Assembly (NCBI GenBank): GCA_963772835.1
Contig: CAVYYZ010000008.1
Location: forward strand, 1 to 64,000
Length of the DNA: 64,000 nucleotides
Origin: an uncultured delta proteobacterium
GTDB lineage: Bacteria; Desulfobacterota; Desulfuromonadia; Geobacterales; Pseudopelobacteraceae
Direction: 5' to 3'
Shown here: positions 41,550-55,412 of the stretch, piece by piece
Numbering within the stretch: position 1 is the stretch's first letter
Layout of the letters: each line of letters starts with the position of its first letter
Made by a program: the position numbers and the translations under genes
Notes under the pieces: model-generated
Told to the model about the DNA's origin: nothing
Seen by the model: only the letters and a program-made list of their open reading frames with translations
The model's database searches: none

Positions 41550-41697
41550 AGAGAGTCTTTTGTTTCCGCTGGCGATGAGATTCAGATGGTACGGCCAAAT
41601 TAATTGTGAAAGGTGGTGAGCAACGGCATCAAACTGATCTGACAGTACGTTAACCAAGTTGTGTACGCAAATATCATAAAAAATGGGAGGAACACAC

Positions 41698-43044
41698 ATG
41701 AATTTCAAGAAAACAGTAGCAATTGCAACAGCAGTAGGTGCATTAGCCGCGATCTCCGTACCGGCAATGGCAATGGAGAACGAGTTCCACGGCATGTATC
41801 GCCTGCGTGCGATGATGTCCAATTTCGAAAACGCCGGTGGCGGCACTCTTGCTAAAGATGCTCCGACCATGACCGTTTTTGAGCAGCGGGCACGTCTGCA
41901 GTACACCGCAAAAGCCAGCGACGATCTGAAACTGGTTACTCATTTCGAAATCGACTCCAGCTGGGGCGATGCTGCTTATGCTAACGGTCGTGGAACTGGC
42001 GGCGGTATGGCTGCTGACACGGTTAACCTTGAGACCAAAAACGTCTATCTTGATTTTAACTGCCCGCTGACCGGCGCAAACGTCAAGGTCGGTATCCAGG
42101 GCGTAAACGATGCCTACAAAGGGGTCTTTTTCACCGATGATATGGCAGGTATTTTCGCTTCCAAGAAATTCGGCATGGTAACTGCCACCGCCGGTTTCTC
42201 GCGTCTGTATGATTATGCAGGTGCCAGCGCAATCGGTCGTAGTACCGACGACCTCTACCTTCTCGATGCCAAGTTCAATCTCAGCAAAAACCTGACGCTG
42301 GGCGGTTCCTACTACCTGGTTCGTAACGACGTCACCGCCGCTCCAGTTACTGTTCCTGTAACTACTCCTTACAAAAAAACACAGGACGTTCATATGCTCG
42401 GCGTAAATGCCGCTGCCAATTTCGGCATCGTAAGCGCTGACGCCTTCCTGGCCTATCAGGGTGGTAAGGAAATAGCAGTTACTGACAGAGATCTGTCTGC
42501 ATTTGCCGGCCTGGTTGCCGTCAAAGCCAACCTCGCGGCGGCCGGTACTCTTCGTGGTGCCGTACTGTACACTTCCGGTGATGATGGCAAATCAACATCA
42601 AAATCCACTGCATGGCAGTCACTCAACAGCAGCAGTGGTGTCAATACTGCCAAAAATGTTTCTTCGAACTCCTACTACGACGCCAACATGCTGCTCCTCA
42701 TGAGAAGCAAATGGAATATGGATTCCGACAAGGCGCTCGTCAACACCACCAACAACAATAACCATGGCCTGACACTGCTGGCTCTCGGCTACGACCTGAA
42801 GTTCACCGACAAGCTGTCTGTATCCGCCAATGCCGGCTACGCAATGTACAGCCAGAAGGGGACTGCCACAGACTCTGCGATCGGTACAGAAATCAATGCT
42901 CAGCTTGACTACAAGATGTTCGCCAATCTGACCACCAGCGTCCAGGTAGCATACGTCATCCTTGGCGATGCAGTAAAAACCGTTGCCGGTAAAACTGCCG
43001 ACAATCCTTACCTGACCGCAGTAATGATGAACTACTCGTTCTAG
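41698..43044 (+). CDS. Major outer-membrane porin (OmpJ-like)
   Basis: Signal peptide, FEQRARL and THFEID strands, C-terminal YSF; RBS gggagg; strongly biased codon usage. Confidence 0.8.
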   Translation: MNFKKTVAIATAVGALAAISVPAMAMENEFHGMYRLRAMMSNFENAGGGTLAKDAPTMTVFEQRARLQYTAKASDDLKLVTHFEIDSSWGDAAYANGRGTGGGMAADTVNLETKNVYLDFNCPLTGANVKVGIQGVNDAYKGVFFTDDMAGIFASKKFGMVTATAGFSRLYDYAGASAIGRSTDDLYLLDAKFNLSKNLTLGGSYYLVRNDVTAAPVTVPVTTPYKKTQDVHMLGVNAAANFGIVSADAFLAYQGGKEIAVTDRDLSAFAGLVAVKANLAAAGTLRGAVLYTSGDDGKSTSKSTAWQSLNSSSGVNTAKNVSSNSYYDANMLLLMRSKWNMDSDKALVNTTNNNNHGLTLLALGYDLKFTDKLSVSANAGYAMYSQKGTATDSAIGTEINAQLDYKMFANLTTSVQVAYVILGDAVKTVAGKTADNPYLTAVMMNYSF

Positions 43045-43068
43045 TAGCTGCTTTACCCAGATGGACCG

Positions 43069-43098
43069 AAGGGCGGGAGAAATCCCGCCCTTTTTTTT
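43069..43098 (+). terminator. Rho-independent terminator
   Basis: aagggcggga/tcccgccctt stem followed by a T run. Confidence 0.85.
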
Positions 43099-43155
43099 GA
43101 CCTGGGCAGAAGTTTGTGCGATAATCCGGCGACTGAAAACTGAAGCGGAGGAAAC

Positions 43156-44619
43156 ATGAAAAAACTGATTATACTGCTGGCCCTGCTGCTGGTTCCGTTA
43201 ACCTCCGTCCCGTCTTTTGCGGCTGCAGCCCGGATACGGGTGTTTGTCGCCGATATGAATGCATCCGGAGTGCAGAATCAGGGAGATATGAAGGTGACAC
43301 TGCAGACATTACTGGCTTCGCGCCTGAACGGTGAAAAGATTATTGCCGTGGGGAGTGCAGCAGAAGCGGATGCCCTGGTAAGCGGCAGTTATGTCTCGAT
43401 CGGCAAGGTTTTCAGTATTGACGCCGTCGCCACAACAGCAGATGGCAAAACCGTTGCCAGGGCCTTTGTGCAGGGGGGAACGCAGGATGAATTGATTCCG
43501 GCCGTCGGGACACTTGCCGAAAAGCTTTCGGCTGAACTGATCAGGCTGCACTCCAGCGGCCGGTTGAACGTCGCTGCAGAACAGCCGCTGCCGGCGATAA
43601 TTGCCGCGCCCACGGGTAATCTCATCAAAGCAGACGCGCAGGGACCGGGCGCCGCCGGCGACTGGCTGAGCAAACGATTGACCGGCGCGGCCAATCTGAT
43701 GGCCATCGGCAGGAATATGCCTGACGGTGACCGGGAGATCTTTCTTGCAGAGGGACAGCGACTTGCATACTACCGCCAGGGGAGCGACATGAAGCTGGTG
43801 GCCGAGGCCGGGTTCTCCCCTGCGGAAAAAATAATCTCCCTGGATACGATTGCCGCAGATGACGGCAGCATCGATATCTATGTTACCATCATCCGGAGTG
43901 GCGAGCCGCTTTCACAGGTCTGGCAGGTTTCAGGAGACAAGCTGATACCGGTTGCCGGGAAGCTCCCCTATTATTTCCGGAGCGCACAGCTGGCCGGTGG
44001 TCCGAAGAAGCTCTACGCCCAGTCCATGGGACGTGAAGACATTTTCTACGGTGATGTTGCCGAGGCAACCCGTCGTGGCGCCGTTATCACCCTTACGAAT
44101 AAAATTAAAATGCCCCGGTATGGTACGATCTACAGCTTCAACCAGTTTCGTGACCGTGATGGCACAACATTCACTGCGGTCATCAATCCCGATGGCTACC
44201 TGATCGTGTATGACCAGAAACTGAGTGAACTCTGGCGCAGTAATGACAAATTCGGCGGCTCGGAATTGTATTTCCAGCAGGAGGATGACGCCAATGTACG
44301 ACTCACCGGCGACAAGTACCGCTGGAACTTCATGAACCAGCGAATACAGGTTTCCGCACGGGGCGAGATTCTGGTGGGTAAGAATGACGGTTTCTGGGTG
44401 CTGGGTAACGCCCGGTCCTACAAGCAGGGGGCGGTGTACTGTATGGTATGGAACGGCACGAGCCTTGAGGAAAAGTGGCGAACGCGCCAAACCCAGAATT
44501 ATATGCCCGATTATTTCTTTGACGAAAGCCGCAGGGAACTGCTGGTCCTGCAGACCGTACAGCGCCCCGGTTTCGGCACGGGTGGCGCATCCTCACTCAC
44601 GATTAAAAAAATCGAGTAG
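43156..44619 (+). CDS. Exported protein with TolB-N-like N-terminus and probable beta-propeller (VCBS-like) C-terminus
   Basis: Signal peptide, GSYVSIGKVFSIDA and beta-rich repeats; function unknown. Confidence 0.6.
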   Translation: MKKLIILLALLLVPLTSVPSFAAAARIRVFVADMNASGVQNQGDMKVTLQTLLASRLNGEKIIAVGSAAEADALVSGSYVSIGKVFSIDAVATTADGKTVARAFVQGGTQDELIPAVGTLAEKLSAELIRLHSSGRLNVAAEQPLPAIIAAPTGNLIKADAQGPGAAGDWLSKRLTGAANLMAIGRNMPDGDREIFLAEGQRLAYYRQGSDMKLVAEAGFSPAEKIISLDTIAADDGSIDIYVTIIRSGEPLSQVWQVSGDKLIPVAGKLPYYFRSAQLAGGPKKLYAQSMGREDIFYGDVAEATRRGAVITLTNKIKMPRYGTIYSFNQFRDRDGTTFTAVINPDGYLIVYDQKLSELWRSNDKFGGSELYFQQEDDANVRLTGDKYRWNFMNQRIQVSARGEILVGKNDGFWVLGNARSYKQGAVYCMVWNGTSLEEKWRTRQTQNYMPDYFFDESRRELLVLQTVQRPGFGTGGASSLTIKKIE

Positions 44620-44652
44620 ATGATCCGGCCGGACAGGATCCGGGTGGTCACA

Positions 44653-44677
44653 CGGCGGGAGCGATCCCGCCTTTTTT
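44653..44677 (+). terminator. Rho-independent terminator
   Basis: ggcggga/tcccgcc stem followed by tttttt. Confidence 0.7.
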
Positions 44678-44765
44678 GCGGTCTTTCCTTTGACGATTGC
44701 ACAGAGCTGTGCTACATTCTCGCCACACAAAATCCGGAGCCTGTTTTCCTGACGGATCAGTCAAA

Positions 44766-45575
44766 ATGTCCACTGAAAAGAGCATAATCCCTTTGAAATC
44801 ACACACCAAAATAATCTGTATTGCCAATCAGAAAGGCGGTGTCGGCAAGACGACCACTGCGGTTAATCTGGCGGCGTCTCTGGCCGCAGCAGAGATGCCG
44901 ACATTGCTGGTCGATACTGACCCGCAGGGGAATGCAACCAGCGGAGTCGGCATTGACAAGGCCGCACTGAAGCATACCGTCTACGATGTCCTGATAAACG
45001 AGGCGGACCCCCGGGGAGTGATCGCAGACACCGGACAGCCGTTCCTGCATATCCTCCCCGCCAACTCCGACCTTACCGGCGCCGATCTGGAGCTGGCGAC
45101 CATGACCGGGCGGGAGCAGAAACTTAAATATGCGCTGGCATCCCTGTCAGAGCAGTACCGTTACATTATCATTGATTGTCCGCCATCGCTCAACCTGCTG
45201 ACGATCAATGCCATGACAGCCGCTGATTCGGTGCTGATCCCGCTCCAGTGCGAATACTATGCGATGGAAGGGCTTTCGCAGATTCTTCAGACCATACGGC
45301 TTATCCAGAAAAATCTGAATCCGCTTCTGACGATAGAAGGGATATTGCTGACTATGTTTGATGCGCGCGGAAATCTGGGGAAAGAGGTGGCAACCGAGGT
45401 GCGAAGCCATTTTCCCGGCCAGGTATTTGATGCGGTCATCCCCCGCAACGTGCGTTTAGCCGAAGCACCAAGCCACGGCAAGCCGATCATTTATTATGAT
45501 ATTACCTCGCGCGGCGCAGTCAGCTATCTTCAACTGGCACGCGAGATTATCCAGAGGGAGAAGAACAATGGCTAG
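44766..45575 (+). CDS. parA: Chromosome partitioning ATPase ParA/Soj
   Basis: NQKGGVGKTTT, DPQGNA, IDCPP and RLAEAPSHG motifs. Confidence 0.96.
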   Translation: MSTEKSIIPLKSHTKIICIANQKGGVGKTTTAVNLAASLAAAEMPTLLVDTDPQGNATSGVGIDKAALKHTVYDVLINEADPRGVIADTGQPFLHILPANSDLTGADLELATMTGREQKLKYALASLSEQYRYIIIDCPPSLNLLTINAMTAADSVLIPLQCEYYAMEGLSQILQTIRLIQKNLNPLLTIEGILLTMFDARGNLGKEVATEVRSHFPGQVFDAVIPRNVRLAEAPSHGKPIIYYDITSRGAVSYLQLAREIIQREKNNG

Positions 45576-46422
45576 AATAGGCGGCCTCGGTAAAGGTATG
45601 GCTGCGCTGATGCAGATAACAGAAACAGTCGATGAGTCAAAAAACTACTTTATCTGCCCGATTGAAAAGATCCGCCCCAACAGAAACCAGCCCCGTAAAC
45701 ATTTTGCGTCGGACAAGCTGGAGGAGCTGGCCGCTTCGATCCGCGAGAAAGGAATCATCCAGCCGCTCGTCGTCACCAGAAAAGACGGCGGGTATGAAAT
45801 CATCGCCGGAGAACGCCGCTGGCGCGCGGCCCAGAAAGCCGGACTGCATGAGATCCCGGTCGTTATCCGCGAAGCTACTCCGGACGCTGTCATGGAACTG
45901 GCTCTGATAGAGAATATTCAGCGCCAGGACCTGAACGCTATTGAAGAGGCCATGGCCTACCGTTCCCTTGTGGATCATTTCTGTATCTCCCAGGAAGATG
46001 TGGCCCGCAGAGTCGGCAAGAACCGTACAACGGTGACCAACGCGTTGCGGCTTCTGAGGCTCCCGGAAGTGATACAGCGCGATATCGTGGAAGAGCGTCT
46101 CAGCATGGGGCATGCACGGGCATTATTGTCACTTGAAAGCGGCGAGCAGATCGAAAAAGCGCGCCACGAGATACTGCATCGTCAGTTGAGCGTCCGGAGC
46201 ACCGAAGATCTTGTGCGCCGACTGAAGGCGAGTCCGCATTCGGTGCCGGTCAAGCGGATGCAGCAGCCGGATCTGCTGATGTCTTCGCTGGAGGAACAGC
46301 TGCAGAAACGCTTCCAGTCGCGCGTCGCGATCCGTAAAGTTGGCACCAAAGGCGGCCGGCTTGAAATCCACTTCAGTGATTCGGAAGAATTGACCAGGAT
46401 TATTGATCTGCTGGATATGTAG
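45568..46422 (+). CDS. parB: Chromosome partitioning protein ParB/Spo0J
   Basis: QPRK, AGERRWRA, ENIQRQDL and an HTH. Confidence 0.96.
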   Translation: MARIGGLGKGMAALMQITETVDESKNYFICPIEKIRPNRNQPRKHFASDKLEELAASIREKGIIQPLVVTRKDGGYEIIAGERRWRAAQKAGLHEIPVVIREATPDAVMELALIENIQRQDLNAIEEAMAYRSLVDHFCISQEDVARRVGKNRTTVTNALRLLRLPEVIQRDIVEERLSMGHARALLSLESGEQIEKARHEILHRQLSVRSTEDLVRRLKASPHSVPVKRMQQPDLLMSSLEEQLQKRFQSRVAIRKVGTKGGRLEIHFSDSEELTRIIDLLDM

Positions 46423-46736
46423 GGCTGAAAACTCTGCTACACGCAGAGACGCAATGTCGTGAACGTAAAAAAAATGCAAAAGTAAACAGCCATAGATCGG
46501 CTGTAAAACGGCGACCGACCATTGGGCAGGCTGTTTATTACGCAATAATAGTGGTGCCGTATCTCTGCCTCCTGTGCCGCTGTACTTCAAAAGATGTACG
46601 TTGAAATCCCAAAATAAATATACCATGTGTGTTCAATTTTCTTGACAGCCGTCAGCAAATAATGATAGTTAGCCTCTGTTTAACACCCGAATCTGGGATA
46701 CAGTATACAACTTAGTATACCTGCAAGGGGTAGGTC

Positions 46737-47162
46737 GTGATTGAATTAAATTTGTCGTTCTTTATCCAGCTGATCAATTTCGGCATCCTCGTTTTGGTTC
46801 TTAACATCTTTCTGTACAAGCCGCTCCGCAAGGTGCTGGCCGATCGCCGGCAGGTAATAGAATCGGCCCGCGAGAAGACCATGTCGGTTGATGCGGAAGT
46901 ACAGATCAAGATGGATCAGTATCAGGCCCGTTTGCATGATGCCAAAGCAGAGGCAGGCGCCCGCCGCGCCGAGGCGGTGAAAGCCGCTCAGGTTGAAGAA
47001 GCAGCCGTGCTTGAAAAAGCCCGCACGCAGGCTTCCGCGTCCCTGGTTTCAATTCGGGACAGGATTGCCAAAGAAGCGGGTGAGGCACGTGTGTTGCTGA
47101 AAAAGCAGGCCGAGGTTCTGTCCGGTGATATCTGCGAGAAAATTCTCGGGAGGAGCCTGTAG
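46737..47162 (+). CDS. ATP synthase F0 subunit b'
   Basis: N-terminal TM, LYKPL and a coiled coil; precedes atpF. Confidence 0.88.
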   Translation: MIELNLSFFIQLINFGILVLVLNIFLYKPLRKVLADRRQVIESAREKTMSVDAEVQIKMDQYQARLHDAKAEAGARRAEAVKAAQVEEAAVLEKARTQASASLVSIRDRIAKEAGEARVLLKKQAEVLSGDICEKILGRSL

Positions 47163-47164
47163 TT

Positions 47165-47772
47165 ATGAGTATGGTATCCGGTAGATCCAAAAAAATAATT
47201 ATCACGCTGGCATATATCTCTGCACTTGTCCTGCTGGCGTCTGTCGGCTTTGCTTCTGAGGGTGGTGAAGGTGCTCACCATGTGGACAGCGGTGCTCAGA
47301 TGAAGGACTTCGGCTGGCGCGTTCTCAACTTCGCCGTTCTTCTAGGCATAATAGTCTGGGCTCTCAAAAAAGCAAACGTGAAGGGTTCACTTGCCGCCCG
47401 CCAGGCCGATATCGAGAAGAGCTTGAAAGATGCTGAATCAGCCCGTGACGCCGCCGAAGCCAAATTGCGTGAGTACAGTGGCAAACTTGATCAGGCTTCG
47501 AAGGAAATAGACGAACTGCATGCCGCGATCATCCGTGAGGGTGAGCAGGAAAAGAACCGGATCATTGCTGAGGCCAACATCGCCGCAGAAAAAATAGTAG
47601 CGCAGGCGGCATTGTCAGCCGAGCAGGAAACAGTGAAGGCCCGCAATGAACTGCGAGCCGAAGCAGCGAGGCTTGCCGTCGAAATTGCAACCGGCAAACT
47701 GACCGGCGCCATCCAGAAGAACGACCACGACAGATTTGTCGGCGAATATCTTGACAAGGTGGTACAGATCCA

Positions 47773-47776
<4 letters not shown>
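47165..47776 (+). CDS. atpF: ATP synthase F0 subunit b
   Basis: WRVLNFAVL TM segment and a coiled coil. Confidence 0.9.
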
Positions 47777-49832
<2,056 letters not shown>

Positions 49833-49849
49833 CAAGGACGGTTTGAGTT

Positions 49850-50716
49850 ATGGCAAGCCTTAAAAGCATAAAAAAGCGGATTGTATCCGTAAAAAATACC
49901 CGTCAGATAACCAAAGCCATGAAAATGGTTTCGGCTGCAAAGTTGCGCCGTGCTCAGGAAAACGTTGTGGCTGCCCGCCCGTACGCAAAAAAGCTGGGTG
50001 AAGTGCTGCAATCTCTGTCTGCAAATCTTGAAGGCGATCTACACCCGCTGCTCGAGAAACGGGACGCCAAAAAACTTCTTTTAATCGTCCTTACTTCGGA
50101 TCGTGGTTTGTGCGGTGGTTTCAATACCAACCTTTGTAAGGCCGCTGACCGTTTTATCAAGGAAAAGAAAGATTCATTCGAGCAGATCAGCGTCATGACG
50201 GTTGGCCGCAAAGGGTATGAGTTTCTCAAAAGCCGCTATACGATATATAAAAACTTTGCCAATGTTCTGGCGAAGCCGAACTATCAAACCGCAGCCATGC
50301 TTGCTCAGGAAGTTATCGACGGTTTTGTCGCAGAAGAATATGATCAGGTCGAGCTGCTGTATAACTCTTTCCGTACGGTAATGACACAGGATATTACGTT
50401 CGAGCAGATGTTGCCGGTAGCACAGGAAGAATCAGCTGATAGTGATGAGACCCCTGCAGAGTTCATCTATGAGCCATCGGTGAGAGATCTTCTCGCAGAA
50501 ATTCTGCCAAAGAATATTGAAGTACAGATTTTCAAAGCGATGCTGGAAACGGTCGCCGGAGAACATGGTGCCCGGATGACCGCGATGGATAGCGCATCCA
50601 AGAATGCCAACGAAATGATCGGCAAACTGACCCTTCAGTACAACCGGGCCCGTCAGGCGGCCATTACGACGGAGCTGATGGAAATTATCTCCGGATCCGA
50701 ATCGATAAAAGGTTAA
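49850..50716 (+). CDS. atpG: ATP synthase F1 gamma subunit
   Basis: [14 protein letters not shown] and RQAAITTE motifs. Confidence 0.98.
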   Translation: MASLKSIKKRIVSVKNTRQITKAMKMVSAAKLRRAQENVVAARPYAKKLGEVLQSLSANLEGDLHPLLEKRDAKKLLLIVLTSDRGLCGGFNTNLCKAADRFIKEKKDSFEQISVMTVGRKGYEFLKSRYTIYKNFANVLAKPNYQTAAMLAQEVIDGFVAEEYDQVELLYNSFRTVMTQDITFEQMLPVAQEESADSDETPAEFIYEPSVRDLLAEILPKNIEVQIFKAMLETVAGEHGARMTAMDSASKNANEMIGKLTLQYNRARQAAITTELMEIISGSESIKG

Positions 50717-50812
50717 GCCCCGATAAACGGGATAAGTGCGTTAACGAAATTAATTTATAAACGCTTAAAATAATTTCTAACTTACTAAACACTACTACGT
50801 AACACTATATGA

Positions 50813-52258
<1,446 letters not shown>

Positions 52259-52265
52259 ATTATCC

Positions 52266-52317
52266 GTAGGGGCGCATTGCATGCGCCCGAATGAGGGTGG
52301 ATGCAATGCGCCCCTAC
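52266..52317. repeat. GTAG-family REP doublet (REPIN-like) between atpD and atpC
   Basis: gtaggggcgcattgcatgcgccc followed by the inverted copy gggtggatgcaatgcgcccctac. Confidence 0.85.
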
Positions 52318-52329
52318 AAGGAATGATAT

Positions 52330-52746
52330 ATGGCTGAAAAGATGAAGCTTGAAATCGTTACTCCCTATAAAAAAGTAGTTGAAACCGAAGTTGAGGAGGT
52401 TACTGCAACCGGTAAACTCGGAGAATTCGGCGTACTACCGGGACATGCACCATTTCTGACATCGCTCAAGATTGGTGAGCTTGTCTATAAGAATAATGGC
52501 GTCGCTGAACACATGTCGCTTAACTGGGGTTATTTCGAGGTGCAGGACGACAAGATCATCGTGCTGGTGGAAACTGCCGAGACCGCAGAAGAGATCGATA
52601 TCGAGCGAGCCAAAGCCGCTCTCGGACGTGCTGAAGATGCACTTAAAAAACTTACTCAGGAAGACAAGCAGCATAAAATTTATGAGGCCGCTCTCGAACG
52701 GGCTATTATCCGCATGCAGGTAGCCGGAAAAGCTGTCCGTAAGTAG
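52330..52746 (+). CDS. atpC: ATP synthase F1 epsilon subunit
   Basis: LEIVTP and GEFGVLPGHAP motifs. Confidence 0.97.
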   Translation: MAEKMKLEIVTPYKKVVETEVEEVTATGKLGEFGVLPGHAPFLTSLKIGELVYKNNGVAEHMSLNWGYFEVQDDKIIVLVETAETAEEIDIERAKAALGRAEDALKKLTQEDKQHKIYEAALERAIIRMQVAGKAVRK

Positions 52747-52772
52747 TCCGGCTTCATATATCAATTTCACCG

Positions 52773-52799
52773 AAGAGCGGCAGAGATGCCGCTCTTTTT
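52773..52799 (+). terminator. Terminator of the atp operon
   Basis: aagagcggca/tgccgctctt stem followed by a T run. Confidence 0.85.
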
Positions 52800-52874
52800 G
52801 TTTGTGTAGAATTTATACTGCGAGTTTGCTACAACTGATGCGTTATGAATTCTTTCTTTCTTTTGGAGAATAAT

Positions 52875-53381
52875 ATGCCACAGACAAGCGAACTGAAAAA
52901 ATTCAGATGTTACGAGATATTTTCCCAATCAACCGGTGTTGAAATCCGGGCTGCAATCAAGACTAATGAGGAAAACGGCCAGATTTCCGAACGAAGCGGA
53001 AGGATCCATCTCCGTTTTTTCAAACTGACACCGAAGACAAAACCGGATGATGTTACTCAGATCCGGTTTATCTGTGAGCCTGATGAGGCCTTCGGTTTAT
53101 CTCACGTGATACGTCAGGTTGCTGACTCTCCCGTTTCGTGCAAGGAAAAACTTAATCCGCACAAATTCTTTACCGGTGAGCAGGGTGAAGAAACCGTTAC
53201 GACTGTCTCCGTTGAGAAATGGGAACGGAATGGCAAGAGCGGGTATGCACTGACAGTAGGGCGTGGCAAAGAGTTTATCAGCGTGCCTGTGCCGCATGCA
53301 AAACTTCTCTTCGCCGGCGAGTTTCTGCGAACCCTTTCAACGGAGCAGTGTTGGGTTGAACGTGTTGAGAAAAAGCGTTGA
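52875..53381 (+). CDS. Hypothetical protein, possibly a Whirly/PC4-like nucleic-acid-binding fold
   Basis: RBS ggag; open frame of 168 aa with two beta-rich units, each followed by a helix. Confidence 0.6.
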   Translation: MPQTSELKKFRCYEIFSQSTGVEIRAAIKTNEENGQISERSGRIHLRFFKLTPKTKPDDVTQIRFICEPDEAFGLSHVIRQVADSPVSCKEKLNPHKFFTGEQGEETVTTVSVEKWERNGKSGYALTVGRGKEFISVPVPHAKLLFAGEFLRTLSTEQCWVERVEKKR

Positions 53382-53441
53382 ACTCAATACCTGGTTCGTA
53401 CCAGATAGAGACTAAAACAGTATTCCCGGGGAGGAAAATAT

Positions 53442-54443
53442 ATGTCAGCACCTGAATGGACAATACCTGACCTGTTACAGCTGTCAGGAGGTTATTGGAG
53501 CGCCTGTGCACTGCATGCTGCTGTCAAGCTTGGTCTATTTACCGCTCTGGATGAAGGCGCGCAGACCGCTGACGAGATCGCCCGGCTGCAGAACTCAAAT
53601 CCGCGGGCAACCGGCATGCTGCTGGAAGCAGTGACGGCTCTCGGGCTGCTGGTGAAGGTTGATGCCACGTACACCGCTACACCGTTCGCGTTACGCACCC
53701 TTTCGAAAAAGAGACCGGGATACCAGGGGCATATCATCATGCACCATCATCACCTGATGTCCGGCTGGGCCCGGCTTGACGAGGCGGTGTACAGCGGTGG
53801 ACAGATCCGGGAAAGTGTATCCCATGGAGATGACGAGAGCGTCCGGGAAAGTTTTCTGATGGGGATGTACAACCTGGCGAGCCTGCTGGCGCCCCGGATC
53901 GCCGGCTCCATTAACCTGTCCGGCCGCCGGACCCTCCTGGATCTGGGTGGTGGTCCCGGTACGTACGCGATTCATTTCTGCCTGGCCAATCCTGAACTGA
54001 CTGCTGTCGTGTACGATCTGCCCGCCACCCGGAGTTTCGCAGAAGGAACGATAGCACGCTACGACCTCGCTCAGAGAATTGCCTTCGTTTCCGGCGATTT
54101 CAATGCCGACCCTGTCACCTCGGGCTTCGATGTTGTCTGGATCTCCCATATCCTGCATGCCTATGGCCCGGCGGAATGTGCCGCGCTGCTGCGCACGGCG
54201 GTCGCTGCTCTCAATCCGGGCGGTGAGTTGATGGTGCAGGAATTTATTCTGGATGACACCCGTGACGGGCCACTTTTCCCGGCGCTCTTCTCGCTCAACA
54301 TGTTAATCGGGACCGGTGCCGGACAATCCTATGCCGAATGTGAGTTAAGAAGTATGATGGAAGCCGCCGGACTGTCCGACGTATCCAGACTTGTACTTGA
54401 ACTCCCCAATGGCGCCGGGGTGATATCGGGCCGGAAACAGTAA
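53442..54443 (+). CDS. SAM-dependent O-methyltransferase with dimerisation domain
   Basis: AVKLGLF, LDLGGGPG and SHILH motifs. Confidence 0.9.
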   Translation: MSAPEWTIPDLLQLSGGYWSACALHAAVKLGLFTALDEGAQTADEIARLQNSNPRATGMLLEAVTALGLLVKVDATYTATPFALRTLSKKRPGYQGHIIMHHHHLMSGWARLDEAVYSGGQIRESVSHGDDESVRESFLMGMYNLASLLAPRIAGSINLSGRRTLLDLGGGPGTYAIHFCLANPELTAVVYDLPATRSFAEGTIARYDLAQRIAFVSGDFNADPVTSGFDVVWISHILHAYGPAECAALLRTAVAALNPGGELMVQEFILDDTRDGPLFPALFSLNMLIGTGAGQSYAECELRSMMEAAGLSDVSRLVLELPNGAGVISGRKQ

Positions 54444-55364
54444 TTGGAGGCAAAACGCTACAATCAGTTTTCCGGAGAGCTGAAGCAGATATTCGGCTGC
54501 AAGGTGCAGCGCATCTCGATTGATGCCGGCTTTACCTGTCCTAATCGCGATGGCTCGCTGGGCAGTGAGGGGTGCATCTTCTGCGGCGGGCACGGTTCCG
54601 GTTCGCATGGAATCCGTCGTGATCTTGATATTTCCGCGCAACTTGAAGACGGCAAGGAAGTCATGCGCCGCAAGTTCCGGGCCTCGAAATTCATCGCCTA
54701 TTTTCAGGCATATTCCAACACATACGCTCCTGTAGACCGTTTGCGGGCATTGTTCTCTGAAGCGTATTCAGTGCCGGATATTGTCGGCCTGATTGTTGCC
54801 ACGCGACCTGATTGCCTTTCGAATGAAACGCTTGAATATCTCCAGGAACTTAATGAACAGACCTATCTCTGGCTTGAACTGGGTATGCAGTCCATATATG
54901 ACCGGAGCCTGACTTTCATCAATCGTCGCCACGACCACAGCTGTTCTGTCGATGCGGTTCAGCGTGCAAAAGCGCGGGGATTACGGGTCTGTGTTCATAT
55001 CATACTCGGAGTGCCGGGCGAAACACGGGAAGATATGCTTGCCATGCCGGAAGAGCTGAACCGGCTCGGCGTGGACGGCATCAAGCTGCACCTGCTGCAT
55101 GTCATGAAGGGGACGAAGCTGGCCGGGATGTACGGGAAGGGTGAGGTGAGTGTGCTGGGGAGAGACCAGTATGCCGGCCTCGTCTGCGATTTTCTTGAAC
55201 GGCTTGATCCGGGTATCCTGATTCAACGTCTGACCGGTGACGGCGGGCACGACAATCTGGTGGCTCCGTTATGGTCATTGAAGAAGTTCGAAATTCTCAA
55301 TCTGATCGATTCAGAGATGGAGCAGCGCGGGACGCGCCAGGGGAGCTTCAGTAAAAACAGATGA
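54444..55364 (+). CDS. Radical SAM protein, TIGR01212/YhcC family
   Basis: DAGFTCPNRDG...GCIFC, YFQAYSNTY and ATRPDC motifs. Confidence 0.92.
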   Translation: MEAKRYNQFSGELKQIFGCKVQRISIDAGFTCPNRDGSLGSEGCIFCGGHGSGSHGIRRDLDISAQLEDGKEVMRRKFRASKFIAYFQAYSNTYAPVDRLRALFSEAYSVPDIVGLIVATRPDCLSNETLEYLQELNEQTYLWLELGMQSIYDRSLTFINRRHDHSCSVDAVQRAKARGLRVCVHIILGVPGETREDMLAMPEELNRLGVDGIKLHLLHVMKGTKLAGMYGKGEVSVLGRDQYAGLVCDFLERLDPGILIQRLTGDGGHDNLVAPLWSLKKFEILNLIDSEMEQRGTRQGSFSKNR

Positions 55365-55412
55365 GGCCCGCGGGTTGCTGATGCAGAAAGTGAAAAACAG
55401 TGGCAGAAAGCG

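Noticed and set aside
46440..46462. cacgcagagacgcaa, a possible half-site of the octamer repeat family after parB
   Set aside because: No convincing inverted partner; too short to support.
46700..46722. gtatac motifs upstream of atpF' resembling the MatR box
   Set aside because: Only the 6-8 bp core matches, and there is no functional rationale.
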